Part shown: piece after piece, positions 47,317-57,477 of the stretch
Numbering within the stretch: the first letter of the stretch is position 1
Layout of the letters: each line of letters starts with the position of its first letter
Assembly (NCBI GenBank): GCA_041675045.1
Contig: JBAYUP010000001.1
Location: forward strand, 24,094-88,093
Length of the DNA: 64,000 nt
Origin: Minisyncoccota bacterium
GTDB taxonomy: Bacteria; Patescibacteriota; Minisyncoccia; Phycocordibacterales; UBA9973
Direction: 5' to 3'
Position numbers and translations under genes: made by a program
The notes under the pieces: generated by a model
What the model was told of the DNA's origin: nothing
The model's database searches: none
What the model saw: the letters and a program-made list of their open reading frames with translations, nothing else

Positions 47317-48579
47317 ATGCCACGAAAAACCCTTATCATTTTTATAATAGCTTTTATCCTCGCTGGACTTATTGGCTGGGGTGTATATTCATACCTGACA
47401 GCTCCAACACAAACAGTGGGCACAGAAGAATCTGGTACAGGGGGATTCCTATCTTTTCTTAACCCATTCGCAAAAGACAGCTCTCAAACAGGAAATGGAA
47501 GTGATTTACTTGGGGGTGGAAACGGCACCCAAGAAACATCATCTCCATTCAGAAAGATTACCGAGTTCGCAGTTGCTGGAGGAATATTTCTTAATGACAC
47601 ACGAAGTGTTGCTATACCTGAAACAATAGATGCCTCTGGTACAGTGATTCCCCAAACTGAAACATTTGAAGTTGCGCCATCGCTTCGATATGTTGATAAA
47701 ACAACAGGACATATTAACCAAATGTATCTTGATACAAAAATCGCCGGCAAAATTTCAAACGTAACAATTCCCGCAATTCATGAAGTAATCTTCGGCAATA
47801 ACGCCCGCACGGCTATTTATAGATACCTTGATCAAGATGGAGCAACTATCAACAGTTTTATGGCGACACTGGGAGCAGAAGCAGGGGAATTCCTCCAAGA
47901 TAATATCGTGGATATAAGCATCTCTCCTGATGGAACAAAAATATTCTACCTTGTAAAAGATTCATCTGGAATTAAAGGATTTATTCGAGGATTTGAAGAA
48001 ACAAAAACAACACAGATATGGACATCATCATATAGTGAATGGGTTTCCCAATGGGCAACACCAAATACTATCTTTCTCACAACAAAATCATCAGGATATA
48101 TTGACGGTGCAGTGTTTTCTCTTGATGTGACAAAAGGAACATTTAAAAAAATCCTAGGAGGCGTACGAGGGCTCACCACACTCGTTGACCCAACAGGCAC
48201 ACGATTGCTTTATGGAGTTAACACTGACCTTGGAATGAAAATGGGAATACTAAACATCACAGAAAAAACAGTTGTTGACCTCAACGTAAATGGCTTACCA
48301 GAAAAATGTTTGTGGAATAAGAGTGGTACAAATTTTTATTGTGCAGTACCAGAGTCAATGACGGGGGGAGTATATCCTGACGTATGGTACCAAGGCGTAG
48401 CATCATTTAATGATCGTTTTATAAAGGGTAACGCCTTCTCTGGAGAACTCATTTATTTTGCTGATTCAAACAACGACACTCTTGTAGACGCAACAAAACT
48501 TTCTTTTGATATAAGCGAAAAAACACTCTTCTTCATAAACAAAAAGGACTCCACATTGTGGGCCCTTTTGGTTGAGTAA
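47317..48579 (+). CDS. TM-anchored beta-propeller (TolB/WD40-like) protein
   Basis: ISPDGTKIFY, VDPTGTRLLY, LPEKCLW blades. Confidence 0.7.
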   Translation: MPRKTLIIFIIAFILAGLIGWGVYSYLTAPTQTVGTEESGTGGFLSFLNPFAKDSSQTGNGSDLLGGGNGTQETSSPFRKITEFAVAGGIFLNDTRSVAIPETIDASGTVIPQTETFEVAPSLRYVDKTTGHINQMYLDTKIAGKISNVTIPAIHEVIFGNNARTAIYRYLDQDGATINSFMATLGAEAGEFLQDNIVDISISPDGTKIFYLVKDSSGIKGFIRGFEETKTTQIWTSSYSEWVSQWATPNTIFLTTKSSGYIDGAVFSLDVTKGTFKKILGGVRGLTTLVDPTGTRLLYGVNTDLGMKMGILNITEKTVVDLNVNGLPEKCLWNKSGTNFYCAVPESMTGGVYPDVWYQGVASFNDRFIKGNAFSGELIYFADSNNDTLVDATKLSFDISEKTLFFINKKDSTLWALLVE

Positions 48580-48587
48580 TTTAAATT

Positions 48588-49052
48588 TTATTCTCCAATA
48601 TATTTGATAACTACTTTTCGATTCGGACCATACCCTTCGGACTCAGTCTTGATATCTTTTGCGTTTTCAAGGAAGAGGTGAACGATTCTTCGTTCATGAG
48701 CTGGCATTGGGTCAATTTCAATATTGCTTTTAAAATATCGGGCTCGTTCAGCCATCATGTGAGCAACTGTCTTTAGATTATCAAATTGTTTTTTCTGATA
48801 CCCATTCACATCAACAAAAAGTTTCGCAGTTGATTCTTCTTCTCCACCATTTGTTTTCTCAAGAATCTTTCGAACAAGATAATTAAGGGAACGAAGAGTC
48901 TCACCATCACGACCAATAATAAATCGAGAATCAGGAGTAGTAATCATACACCAAAGCATACCGTTTTCTTCAGAAAATTCGCATGATGAAAGCTCACACG
49001 CTGTGTGACGGAAAATATCTTCAATAACCGTTTGGATTGCTTTCTCATTCAT
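48588..49052 (-). CDS. jag: Jag/EloR KH-R3H RNA-binding protein
   Basis: IIGRDGETLRSL, DVNGY, PAHERRIVH. Confidence 0.9.
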   Translation of the reverse strand: MNEKAIQTVIEDIFRHTACELSSCEFSEENGMLWCMITTPDSRFIIGRDGETLRSLNYLVRKILEKTNGGEEESTAKLFVDVNGYQKKQFDNLKTVAHMMAERARYFKSNIEIDPMPAHERRIVHLFLENAKDIKTESEGYGPNRKVVIKYIGE

Positions 49053-49058
49053 ACTAAT

Positions 49059-49790
49059 TTATGCCAATGTACGGCGAACGTGCCATTCCTGAATAATAGT
49101 GAATATATTACTGATAATCCAATAAAGCGCAATAGCAGCTGAGATTTGGTAGGCGATAAAGGCAACAAACACTGGTAATACATACCGCACATTTAATTGC
49201 ATACTATCAGCAAGCTGTTCTTGGAATGTCTTTGGTTCTTCCTGGGCCTGCTCAGTTACAACCTCAACCTTCTTTGGTTTCAAAGGAGCCGCGAGTTTAC
49301 CCTGGATAAACTGTGAGATACCAGCCAATAGCGCAAAAACAATGCTCTTGCCATGCAAATCAACCAAACCGAGGAAATGTGTATTTATGTTTTCTGGAGC
49401 ACTAATAAATGAATAGAGTGGTGTAACATCAAATGATAGTCCTTTATAAAAAACATAATACAGTGCAAAAATAACTGGTAGTTGAAGCAAAATAACAAGA
49501 CATCCTGAAAAAGGATTTACGTTGTATTTTTTATATAATTCAAAGGTTTTTTTCGCTTGTTCTTCTTTATTTGGGAATTCCTTTTTGAGCGCTTTTAATT
49601 CTGGCTCAATACGCTTCATTAAAACCTGACTACGTATAGACTTTTTTGTTAAAGGGGAGAGTAAAAACTTAATAAAAATTGTTAAAATAATAATAGCAAA
49701 ACCAATATCTCCAAATGTAACCTTATCTACAATAAAAATAAGAGTATTGTAGATTGGCTCATAGAAAAATGTATTCCATAGTGATGACAT
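49059..49790 (-). CDS. yidC: membrane protein insertase YidC
   Basis: GFAIIILT, NPFSGCL..LLQLPV, LYWIISN. Confidence 0.93.
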   Translation of the reverse strand: MSSLWNTFFYEPIYNTLIFIVDKVTFGDIGFAIIILTIFIKFLLSPLTKKSIRSQVLMKRIEPELKALKKEFPNKEEQAKKTFELYKKYNVNPFSGCLVILLQLPVIFALYYVFYKGLSFDVTPLYSFISAPENINTHFLGLVDLHGKSIVFALLAGISQFIQGKLAAPLKPKKVEVVTEQAQEEPKTFQEQLADSMQLNVRYVLPVFVAFIAYQISAAIALYWIISNIFTIIQEWHVRRTLA

Positions 49791-49860
49791 TTTTTCATTG
49801 TATAGTAAAAAACCCCTTAAAGAAAGGGTTGATTTTATTTAAATCCATTGTCATCGCTTG

Positions 49861-50067
49861 CTACAAGAGGGGATCAAAACGATTTTTCTGCCAAGGGTGG
49901 CAACGAAAAATTCTTCGTATACTCAAAGCAAATCCTTTTAAAAATCCATATTTTATAAAGGCTTCTTTGGAATACTCAGAACATGTGGGGATAAAAACAC
50001 ACGCAGAGTGCGCCCTTGAAGGAGTTTTTTGATATAGAGTTATTAGAAAAATAGCTATATTTTTCAT
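49861..50067 (-). CDS. yidD: membrane protein insertion efficiency factor
   Basis: C.FIPTCSEY, RIFRCHPW...DP. Confidence 0.92.
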   Translation of the reverse strand: MKNIAIFLITLYQKTPSRAHSACVFIPTCSEYSKEAFIKYGFLKGFALSIRRIFRCHPWQKNRFDPLL

Positions 50068-50070
50068 CGG

Positions 50071-50400
50071 TTATTTCACAAAATGAGCTTTTTGAAGGAG
50101 ATTAGTAATTTCTTTTGTTATTTCAGAGAAATCTACGGTTTTGGCCTCTTTTTTAAAGAAAAAAATACCAGAAAGAGAAGGGAGGGTGATGTTTTTACGA
50201 AGCGCATTATAACCTTTTCTTCGAAGGCTATTCCGGTCATGCGCCTTTTTAAAAACGGCTTTTGGCACAACACATGCATAACGCGGGCCAGCATTATCAG
50301 CCAAAAAACGAAAAGAAAAAAGCGGGGAATGGACTGTTTTTCCGTCTTTCATAATAGACATAAACACATCCTTGGTAACCCGCTTTTTCTTTTGGAGCAT
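50071..50400 (-). CDS. rnpA: ribonuclease P protein component
   Basis: MLQKKKRV, KKAHDRNSLRR; synteny. Confidence 0.88.
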   Translation of the reverse strand: MLQKKKRVTKDVFMSIMKDGKTVHSPLFSFRFLADNAGPRYACVVPKAVFKKAHDRNSLRRKGYNALRKNITLPSLSGIFFFKKEAKTVDFSEITKEITNLLQKAHFVK

Positions 50401-50413
50401 TGATTTATATAGT

Positions 50414-50554
50414 TTATTTAGCGATTGAGACCTTTTTTCGACCCTTTGCTCTCCGTCGAGCAGTAACCTTTCGGCCACCAGGAGTCTTGGCACGAGAAAG
50501 AAAACCGTGTGTTTTCGCTCGTTTTCGCTTGTTTGGATTATATGTTTGAGACAT
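50414..50554 (-). CDS. rpmH: 50S ribosomal protein L34 (not in ORF track)
   Basis: Hand translation [46 protein letters not shown]. Confidence 0.96.
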   Translation of the reverse strand: MSQTYNPNKRKRAKTHGFLSRAKTPGGRKVTARRRAKGRKKVSIAK

Positions 50555-50608
50555 ACGAAGAATATATACTATAATCGCTTATTATGCAATGCTTTTCAGC
50601 TAATTCTA

Positions 50609-50640
50609 TTATCCACAGGTTATAAACAGGGTAATCCAGA
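50609..50640. promoter_or_regulatory. DnaA boxes upstream of dnaA
   Basis: TTATCCACA 50609-50617, then TTATAAACA and TAATCCAGA. Confidence 0.75.
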
Positions 50641-50727
50641 TGTTTGATTACAGGGACTTTTTAAATCAGAGTATACTGTAGTGTACAAAAGAAATTTTAG
50701 AAAATTATCACTTAACATACTAACAGG

Positions 50728-52080
50728 ATGAACACAAAAGAACTTTGGAATAACTGCCTTTCTGAAATTGAAACAAGTATTTCAAAAGCAAACTTTACAA
50801 CATGGTTTAAAAACACCTCTATCGCAAAAGAAGATGGGGGAATACTCTACATCGGTGTTCCAAATGAGTTCGTTAAAGATTGGTTATACAACAAGTTTCA
50901 TAAACTTATTTTAAAAACCCTCATGAATTATGAAGAGGGAGTTCGTGGTATTGAATATGTAATTCATAAACATGATGGAAAAGAAAGATCAACAGAAAAC
51001 GATGTCTCCAAAATTGTTCTTGGTCTAAACAAAGAATTACCATTAAACGACCTCTATACAAACAAAGACGATAACCTTAACCCTAAATACAACTTTAATT
51101 CATTTATTGTTGGGCCGTTTAACGAGCTTGCATACGCTGTTGCACAAGCAATTATTACTAACCCTGGCACAAGTTACAACCCATTTTTTGTATATGGGGG
51201 AACAGGGCTTGGTAAAACACACATGATTCAAGCGATTGGAAACACAATCAAAGTAAAACATCCATCAAAAAAAATATATTATGTGAGTCTGGAAAAATTC
51301 ACCATTGACTATGTTAATTCAATCCAAAACAAAAACCCAAACTCATTCAAAGAAAAATATAGAAAATACGATGCAATCATTATAGATGATATTCAGTTCA
51401 TTACAGGAAAAGACAAAACACAAGAAGAATTGTTTCATCTTTTTAATATTTTCTATGAAAACAATAAGCAAATTATCTTTTCATCTGATAAACACCCTAA
51501 TTTTATTCAAGGATTAGAAGAGCGCCTCCAGTCACGATTTGCATCAGGTATGACCGTACAAATAACTGAACCAGACTATGAATCAAGAATAGCTATAATT
51601 AAAGCTAAGTTTGAACAAACAAACTGTTTAATAGAACAAGAGGTCATTGAATATCTCGCGGAAGCCCTTGAAGGAAATATCCGAGAATTAGAGGGAAGTC
51701 TTAATTCTGTTGTAATGCAATCACAACTAAAAAACAAAGCGCTCTCTATTACAGAAGTAAAAACACTTATAAAAAATAACATTAAACCGAAGAAAACTGT
51801 TGCAATTAAAGATGTTGTTGTTGTAATTGCTGAATATTACAATATTCCAGAAAGTGTTATTTATGAAAAAACTCGCCGAAAAGAGATTGTTCATGCACGT
51901 CAGGTTGCAATGTATATCCTCCGTGAAGACTTTAACATCTCGTATCCACTGATTGGTCAGAAAATGGGTGGTAGAGACCACACAACAGTAATTCATTCCC
52001 ATCTGAAGATAAAAGACGACCTCAAAACAGACCCTTCACTTCTTCAAGAAATCGAAAAAATTAGAATTTTGTTTAAATAG
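50728..52080 (+). CDS. dnaA: chromosomal replication initiator DnaA
   Basis: YGGTGLGKTH, IDDIQF, RLQSRF, NIRELEG, GGRDHTTVIH. Confidence 0.98.
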   Translation: MNTKELWNNCLSEIETSISKANFTTWFKNTSIAKEDGGILYIGVPNEFVKDWLYNKFHKLILKTLMNYEEGVRGIEYVIHKHDGKERSTENDVSKIVLGLNKELPLNDLYTNKDDNLNPKYNFNSFIVGPFNELAYAVAQAIITNPGTSYNPFFVYGGTGLGKTHMIQAIGNTIKVKHPSKKIYYVSLEKFTIDYVNSIQNKNPNSFKEKYRKYDAIIIDDIQFITGKDKTQEELFHLFNIFYENNKQIIFSSDKHPNFIQGLEERLQSRFASGMTVQITEPDYESRIAIIKAKFEQTNCLIEQEVIEYLAEALEGNIRELEGSLNSVVMQSQLKNKALSITEVKTLIKNNIKPKKTVAIKDVVVVIAEYYNIPESVIYEKTRRKEIVHARQVAMYILREDFNISYPLIGQKMGGRDHTTVIHSHLKIKDDLKTDPSLLQEIEKIRILFK

Positions 52081-52292
52081 AAAAAGTGCCTGTGGAAAAA
52101 GAAAGAATTATATGTGAATAAATTGTTTATAAGCTCTCAAGAAAAAGATATCCATGAGTAATCCACAAACAACTTATTTTAAGTTTTACATAATGACCCA
52201 AAACAGCTTACAAAATAACAACCAAAAGTAATCCACATATCCCCAGGACTAATAGTAGTAATAATGTATTTAATAAATAATAATAAACATAT
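52081..52292. other. oriC unwinding region
   Basis: DnaA boxes at 52091, 52113, 52124, 52159, 52229, 52237; DnaA-trio-like TAATAGTAGTAATAAT 52250-52265; AT-rich tract; strand composition appears to switch here. Confidence 0.85.
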
Positions 52293-53390
52293 ATGAAAGT
52301 AGAATGCTCCATAGAAAAAATAAAATCAGCACTCACACTCGTTGAACGCCTCACTGGTAAAAATTTAACTCTTCCTGTTTTAGGTTCTGTTCTTTGGGTT
52401 GCTACTGACAAGGTATTAAAATTAAGATCAACAAACCTTAGTATTGGTATAGAAGTTCGCATACCTGCAAAAATAGAGAAAGAAGGCATCGTTGCTATTC
52501 GAGGGGATGTTCTTTCTTCACTCTTCTCAATTTTTTCTGGTGATTCAAAATCAACATTCGAGTTAGTAAATGACAATCTTCTTGTTAAAACAAAAACAAG
52601 TACTATTTTATTAAAAAGTATTCCACATGATGATTTCCCAACTATTCCACTTCTTTCTGGGGAAGACATTACACTACCAGCACATAAAATAATTGAAGGA
52701 ATGCGGTCTGTTGTGTATGCTGCTTCTGTTTCAGAAGTTAAACCCGAAATTGGGAGTGTATATATTTATCCAGAAGATGATACTCTTGTTTTTGTTTCAA
52801 CAGATTCGTTTCGTTTAGCAGAGAAAAAAATAAAAATAAAACAAAAGCTTTCTTTTGATGGGATACTCATTCCACTTAAGAATGCAGTTGAAATTATAAA
52901 AGTTTTTGACCATATTGAAGATGATGTTGTTGTTACTCTTCAGAAAAATCAAATATCATTTACAACAGAAAACATATACCTAACCTCTCGAGTTGTTGAT
53001 GGTGCCTTCCCTGATTACAAACAAATAATTCCTAAAAAATCTACAACAAAAGCAACAATCTTGAAACAAGACTTTATTTCATCTCTTAAGATTTCGAATA
53101 TTTTTTCAGATAAGTTTAATCAAATAACAATAACGGTTGATCCTGAAGAAAAAGTTTTTGAAGTAGAGGCAAAAAATACTGATATTGGGGAAAATACAAC
53201 CTTTGTTGCGGGGTCGTTTTCTGGAGAATCAGTTTCAGCTAATTTTAATTATCGCTATATTGTGGATTGTTTCCCTTCGCTTTCTGGGGATAGTATTGCT
53301 CTTGAATTAAACGGCAGTAATAAACCAATGATAATTCGTCCAGTGGGGGATGTTTCTTTTATGTATCTTGTAATGCCAATGAATAGATAA
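52293..53390 (+). CDS. dnaN: DNA polymerase III beta clamp
   Basis: VSTDSFRLAE, SRVVDGAFPDY, YLVMPM. Confidence 0.96.
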   Translation: MKVECSIEKIKSALTLVERLTGKNLTLPVLGSVLWVATDKVLKLRSTNLSIGIEVRIPAKIEKEGIVAIRGDVLSSLFSIFSGDSKSTFELVNDNLLVKTKTSTILLKSIPHDDFPTIPLLSGEDITLPAHKIIEGMRSVVYAASVSEVKPEIGSVYIYPEDDTLVFVSTDSFRLAEKKIKIKQKLSFDGILIPLKNAVEIIKVFDHIEDDVVVTLQKNQISFTTENIYLTSRVVDGAFPDYKQIIPKKSTTKATILKQDFISSLKISNIFSDKFNQITITVDPEEKVFEVEAKNTDIGENTTFVAGSFSGESVSANFNYRYIVDCFPSLSGDSIALELNGSNKPMIIRPVGDVSFMYLVMPMNR

Positions 53391-53397
53391 AATTCAA

Positions 53398-53664
53398 ATG
53401 GATTATGAACATATAACACAATTTCTCTCAAAGTTTAAAAAATTTCTCTCTGATGATGAGGACGTAAAAAAACGTATCGCCACAGTGATAAGTAAACATA
53501 TTTCTTTTGAGATTGATCCAAAAATAATAAAGCTACACAAAACAACAATTTCTATTTTAGGGTCACCAACACTCAGAAATGAAATTTTTATACACGAACA
53601 AGGTATTCTTTCTGATATAAAAGAAATAGTACCAGAGCGAGTATTTTTAAAAATTTCACGCTAG
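53398..53664 (+). CDS. small protein, possibly DciA/DUF721-like
   Basis: 88 aa directly after dnaN; SPTLRNEIF....IL pattern. Confidence 0.5.
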   Translation: MDYEHITQFLSKFKKFLSDDEDVKKRIATVISKHISFEIDPKIIKLHKTTISILGSPTLRNEIFIHEQGILSDIKEIVPERVFLKISR

Positions 53665-56174
53665 TTATTTTCTACAAAAAATTGTATAGAGGCCTCTCCT
53701 TTGTTTCCAAGACTATCATACCCAATAACTTTAATGGTGTTTGTTTGCCCAAGAGAAGATATTGAACTTGGTGTGAATGAAAACACATACGGCTCGTTTT
53801 TAATTGAGGTTATATATGTATTGTTTACAAAAACATCTATTTTTTTAATAGAGCTTTTACTTTGAGAAAGGATAGACACAGAAATTGTCTGGTTCTTTTT
53901 ATAGACTTCATTTGTTACTCCAGAAATAGTAAATGTTGGACGAGAACTTTCTGTGTGAATTGTGTCGTACCCCACTGGGATATGTGATGTTGTTATTGTT
54001 GGGTATCTATTTTTATTTGAAGCCCACCAGTTTTGCACACCATTTTCCCAGCTCGCATATTGGGAATCCTTTTGGGGGTTTGTTGGTTTAGGTCCAAGAG
54101 GGTTGTCTTTGTTTATCCAATGAAGAATAGTGTGAACATTCGTAACTGATGTTTCTTGTCTCATATCAACAGGAGTGAATTCAGTTGCTAGTTTGCCAGA
54201 AACTTTATCTGTGACGAATGTTTCTCCTCCTTGCCAGAATCCACGTAGAATTGGGGGTAAAGACTGGTCTATTGGGTCTGGGGCATCAAATGATTCACGA
54301 GGAAGATTCTTTAGCGCAGCAGAGATAACTCCATTCCAAATTGGACCAGCAAGGGCCGCACCACCTTTTTTCATTGGTGTATTGTCATTATTACCAACCC
54401 AAACACCAACAGCGACTGAAGGGGTGTATCCGATTGTCCACGCGTCCTTGTTGTTGTTTGTGGTTCCTGTTTTAACCGCAACTTCGTGGCCTGGAACAAC
54501 AAGAGGTGAATTCGCTCCAAATGTGGGTGTTCGTGCGGTGTTATCAGAAAGGATGTCAGAAAGAATTCTTGTAATATTTGGTTCAAGTACCTGGTATGAC
54601 CTGTCCTCTGCTTGTTCAAGGATGTTTCCATTTCCATCTTCAACAGAGAGTACTGCTTGGTAGGGATTACGCACACCATTATTTGCAAATACACTATATA
54701 CAGATGTCATATCTAAGAGTGTAGTTTCTCCACCTCCAATCACCAACGATAGCCCGTATCGGTCGGGTTCATTGAGACTTGATATTCCAAGGTCGTGCGC
54801 TAGTTTAATAGAATCTTTTACTCCAACAAGATAAAGTGTTTTTACTGCAATAACGTTGATTGATTGAGCAAGGGCATTTTTAAGTGTCATTGGTCCACGA
54901 AACGCATCGTCATAATTATCTGGCATATAACACTCGGCATTTTTGACGAGAGGTTTGCCATTTGGACTACAGGATGGGTTGAACTCTGTTTTTACATCAA
55001 AGAGTGTTGTATTGGCGGTGTAGCCCTTTTTAAATGCCTCTGCGTAGACGATTGGCTTGAATGATGAACCTGGTTGGCGAAGTGCGGTTGCCACATTAAA
55101 GTTTCCATCGATTGTTTTATCAAAATAATCACGAGACCCAATCATTGATAAAATCTGACCTGTTTTTGGATCAATAACAACAACAGCCGCATTTTCCCCG
55201 TTCCAATTTGTTTCATTTTGTTTTGCATTTGCAAGGGTAATTTCCTCGGCTTTCTTTTGAAGTTCGTAATCAATTGTAGTAACAACTTTTAGTCCGCCAA
55301 CATCAAGTGCTTCTGGGCCATATTTTTTCTCTAAGTAATCTTTTACAAAGAAAACAAAATGAGGAGCTGCGATGTGTGTTGGTTGCGCTGGCATGAAGGT
55401 GACTTTTTCAAGTAACGCATTTTTATATTCATCTTCAGTAATAAACTTAAGATCCACCATTCTTTTTAGGACAAGATTTTTACGTTCCTCAAGTCTCTCT
55501 CTGTTTTTCCCATATGGTGAATAATATGTCGGACCATTTGGAATTGCCGCCATATATGCTGATTCGGCGAGTGTCATGTCGAGAGGTTCTTTTCCAAAGA
55601 ATGCTTTTGATGCTTCTTCAATTCCGTAAATATTGCCACCGTACGGAGCTTCATTTAAATAGAGAGCAAGAATATCATCTTTGCTCATAACTTTTTCGAG
55701 TTTAACGGCGAGTATCCACTCTTTAATTTTTCTCGTGACAGAGCGCTTACTTGTGAGAAGGGTATTTTTTATGAGCTGTTGAGTGATTGTTGATCCACCT
55801 TGTACACGCTTACCTGTGATTTTCGCCCACACTGTTGCACGAATAATAGAGGTAATACGGATACCTTTGTGTTTGTAGAATTCAGAGTCTTCAATTGCTA
55901 CTGTCGCGTTTTTAATATTTGTTCCCATTTCTTCATAGGGGACAATTGTACGCTTAATATCCTGATGAACATCATAAAGTAAGATTGTTCCAGTGCGGTC
56001 ATATATTTTTGTAGAACTTTGAACTTTTCGTTCAGTGAATGATTTGAAGTCAGGGAGTCTCAAAAGGGAAATCCAAATAATAAAAATACCAGCAAACAGA
56101 ATCGCGGTGCCAACTATCAATAATATCCAGCTTTCGCGGGAGTGTTGTTTAAAATACGTGAGATATTTATGCAT
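53661..56174 (-). CDS. class A penicillin-binding protein with C-terminal Ig-like domain
   Basis: AIEDSEFY.H.G, GGSTITQQL, SSFK, SIN, KTG motifs. Confidence 0.94.
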   Translation of the reverse strand: MHKYLTYFKQHSRESWILLIVGTAILFAGIFIIWISLLRLPDFKSFTERKVQSSTKIYDRTGTILLYDVHQDIKRTIVPYEEMGTNIKNATVAIEDSEFYKHKGIRITSIIRATVWAKITGKRVQGGSTITQQLIKNTLLTSKRSVTRKIKEWILAVKLEKVMSKDDILALYLNEAPYGGNIYGIEEASKAFFGKEPLDMTLAESAYMAAIPNGPTYYSPYGKNRERLEERKNLVLKRMVDLKFITEDEYKNALLEKVTFMPAQPTHIAAPHFVFFVKDYLEKKYGPEALDVGGLKVVTTIDYELQKKAEEITLANAKQNETNWNGENAAVVVIDPKTGQILSMIGSRDYFDKTIDGNFNVATALRQPGSSFKPIVYAEAFKKGYTANTTLFDVKTEFNPSCSPNGKPLVKNAECYMPDNYDDAFRGPMTLKNALAQSINVIAVKTLYLVGVKDSIKLAHDLGISSLNEPDRYGLSLVIGGGETTLLDMTSVYSVFANNGVRNPYQAVLSVEDGNGNILEQAEDRSYQVLEPNITRILSDILSDNTARTPTFGANSPLVVPGHEVAVKTGTTNNNKDAWTIGYTPSVAVGVWVGNNDNTPMKKGGAALAGPIWNGVISAALKNLPRESFDAPDPIDQSLPPILRGFWQGGETFVTDKVSGKLATEFTPVDMRQETSVTNVHTILHWINKDNPLGPKPTNPQKDSQYASWENGVQNWWASNKNRYPTITTSHIPVGYDTIHTESSRPTFTISGVTNEVYKKNQTISVSILSQSKSSIKKIDVFVNNTYITSIKNEPYVFSFTPSSISSLGQTNTIKVIGYDSLGNKGEASIQFFVENN

Positions 56175-56236
56175 ATACAATATATGATACCATAGCGTTT
56201 GTCTGTGCGGACAAAGATTTTTAATTATGATAAAGT

Positions 56237-57436
56237 ATGACTATGACAGAAGAAGATATACTACAAGACATAGTAACGCGCGGGGTTGCCAATATATACC
56301 CATCAAAGGGTTTTGTCGAGGCAAAAATACGTCGTGGCGAGAAGCTTACCATCTACCTTGGTATTGACCCAACGGGGCCTACTCTCCATTTAGGTAACGC
56401 CATTCCCATGAAAAAGCTCGCTGATTTCCAAAAGGCTGGCCACAAGGTAATTCTCCTTATGGGTGATTTTACCGCAATGATTGGTGACCCTACAGACAAA
56501 TCATCGGCTCGGGTACAGTTAACACACAAACAGGTTCTAGCTAACCTTAAAAATTACAAGAAACAAGCATCAAAACTTCTTTCTTTCTCAGGTAGAAATA
56601 AAGCAGAAATAAAATTTAATTCAAAATGGCTTGGCAAAATGAATTTTGCTGATGTTCTTTCTCTTGCTTCTCAAATGACGGTTCAACAAATGCTTGAACG
56701 CGATATGTTTGAACGACGTATCGAAGAAGGGAAACCAATTTTTATTCATGAATTTATGTATCCTCTGATGCAAGGATATGATTCTGTTGCAATGAATGTT
56801 GATGGGGAAGTTGGGGGCAATGACCAAACATTCAACATGCTCTGTGGTCGGGATCTTTTGAAATCAATGAAGAATAAAGAAAAGTTTGTTCTCACATTGA
56901 AACTTCTCGAAGACAGTACTGGTAAAAAAATGGGTAAAACTGAAGGGAACATGGTGGCACTTTCTGATACCCCCGAAGAAATGTATGGGAAGGTGATGAG
57001 CTGGTCTGACGGAATGATCATTCCTGGTTTTGAATTATGTACAAATGTTCCACTATCTGAAATTTTGGAAATATCTAAATCTCTCGAATCAAATTCAGTG
57101 AATCCGCGTGACATAAAAATGAAACTCGCTCGGACGTTGGTCGCCTTATATCACACTGAAGCAAAGGCCCAGAGTGCCGAAGAAAATTTTATCTCTACCT
57201 TTCAGAAACATGAAATACCAAGTGACATGATTGAGATAAAGATTCACGAAGGGGACCTCTTGGCAGATGTGTGCGTCACTCATAATGTAGTGAAATCAAA
57301 AACTGAATTTAATCGCTTTGTGGAAAATGGTGCGATTACCGATCTCCAGAAAAATGAAAAAATAAATGACCCTAAAATACGGGCCACAAAAACAGAATAT
57401 AAAATAGGAAAAACACGATTTATTCGTCTTGTATAA
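56237..57436 (+). CDS. tyrS: tyrosyl-tRNA synthetase
   Basis: GIDPT...LHLGN, YPLMQGYD, GGNDQ, KMGKT. Confidence 0.96.
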   Translation: MTMTEEDILQDIVTRGVANIYPSKGFVEAKIRRGEKLTIYLGIDPTGPTLHLGNAIPMKKLADFQKAGHKVILLMGDFTAMIGDPTDKSSARVQLTHKQVLANLKNYKKQASKLLSFSGRNKAEIKFNSKWLGKMNFADVLSLASQMTVQQMLERDMFERRIEEGKPIFIHEFMYPLMQGYDSVAMNVDGEVGGNDQTFNMLCGRDLLKSMKNKEKFVLTLKLLEDSTGKKMGKTEGNMVALSDTPEEMYGKVMSWSDGMIIPGFELCTNVPLSEILEISKSLESNSVNPRDIKMKLARTLVALYHTEAKAQSAEENFISTFQKHEIPSDMIEIKIHEGDLLADVCVTHNVVKSKTEFNRFVENGAITDLQKNEKINDPKIRATKTEYKIGKTRFIRLV

Positions 57437-57477
57437 CAAAACTCTCCTCGAGATATCTCGAGGAGAGTTTTGTTATA
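57432..57477. terminator. 46-bp perfect palindrome / bidirectional terminator spanning both stop codons
   Basis: TATAACAAAACTCTCCTCGAGAT|ATCTCGAGGAGAGTTTTGTTATA. Confidence 0.8.

Noticed and set aside
50401-50493. Extended rnpA start
   Set aside because: It overlaps rpmH in another frame; ATG 50400 fits RnpA length.
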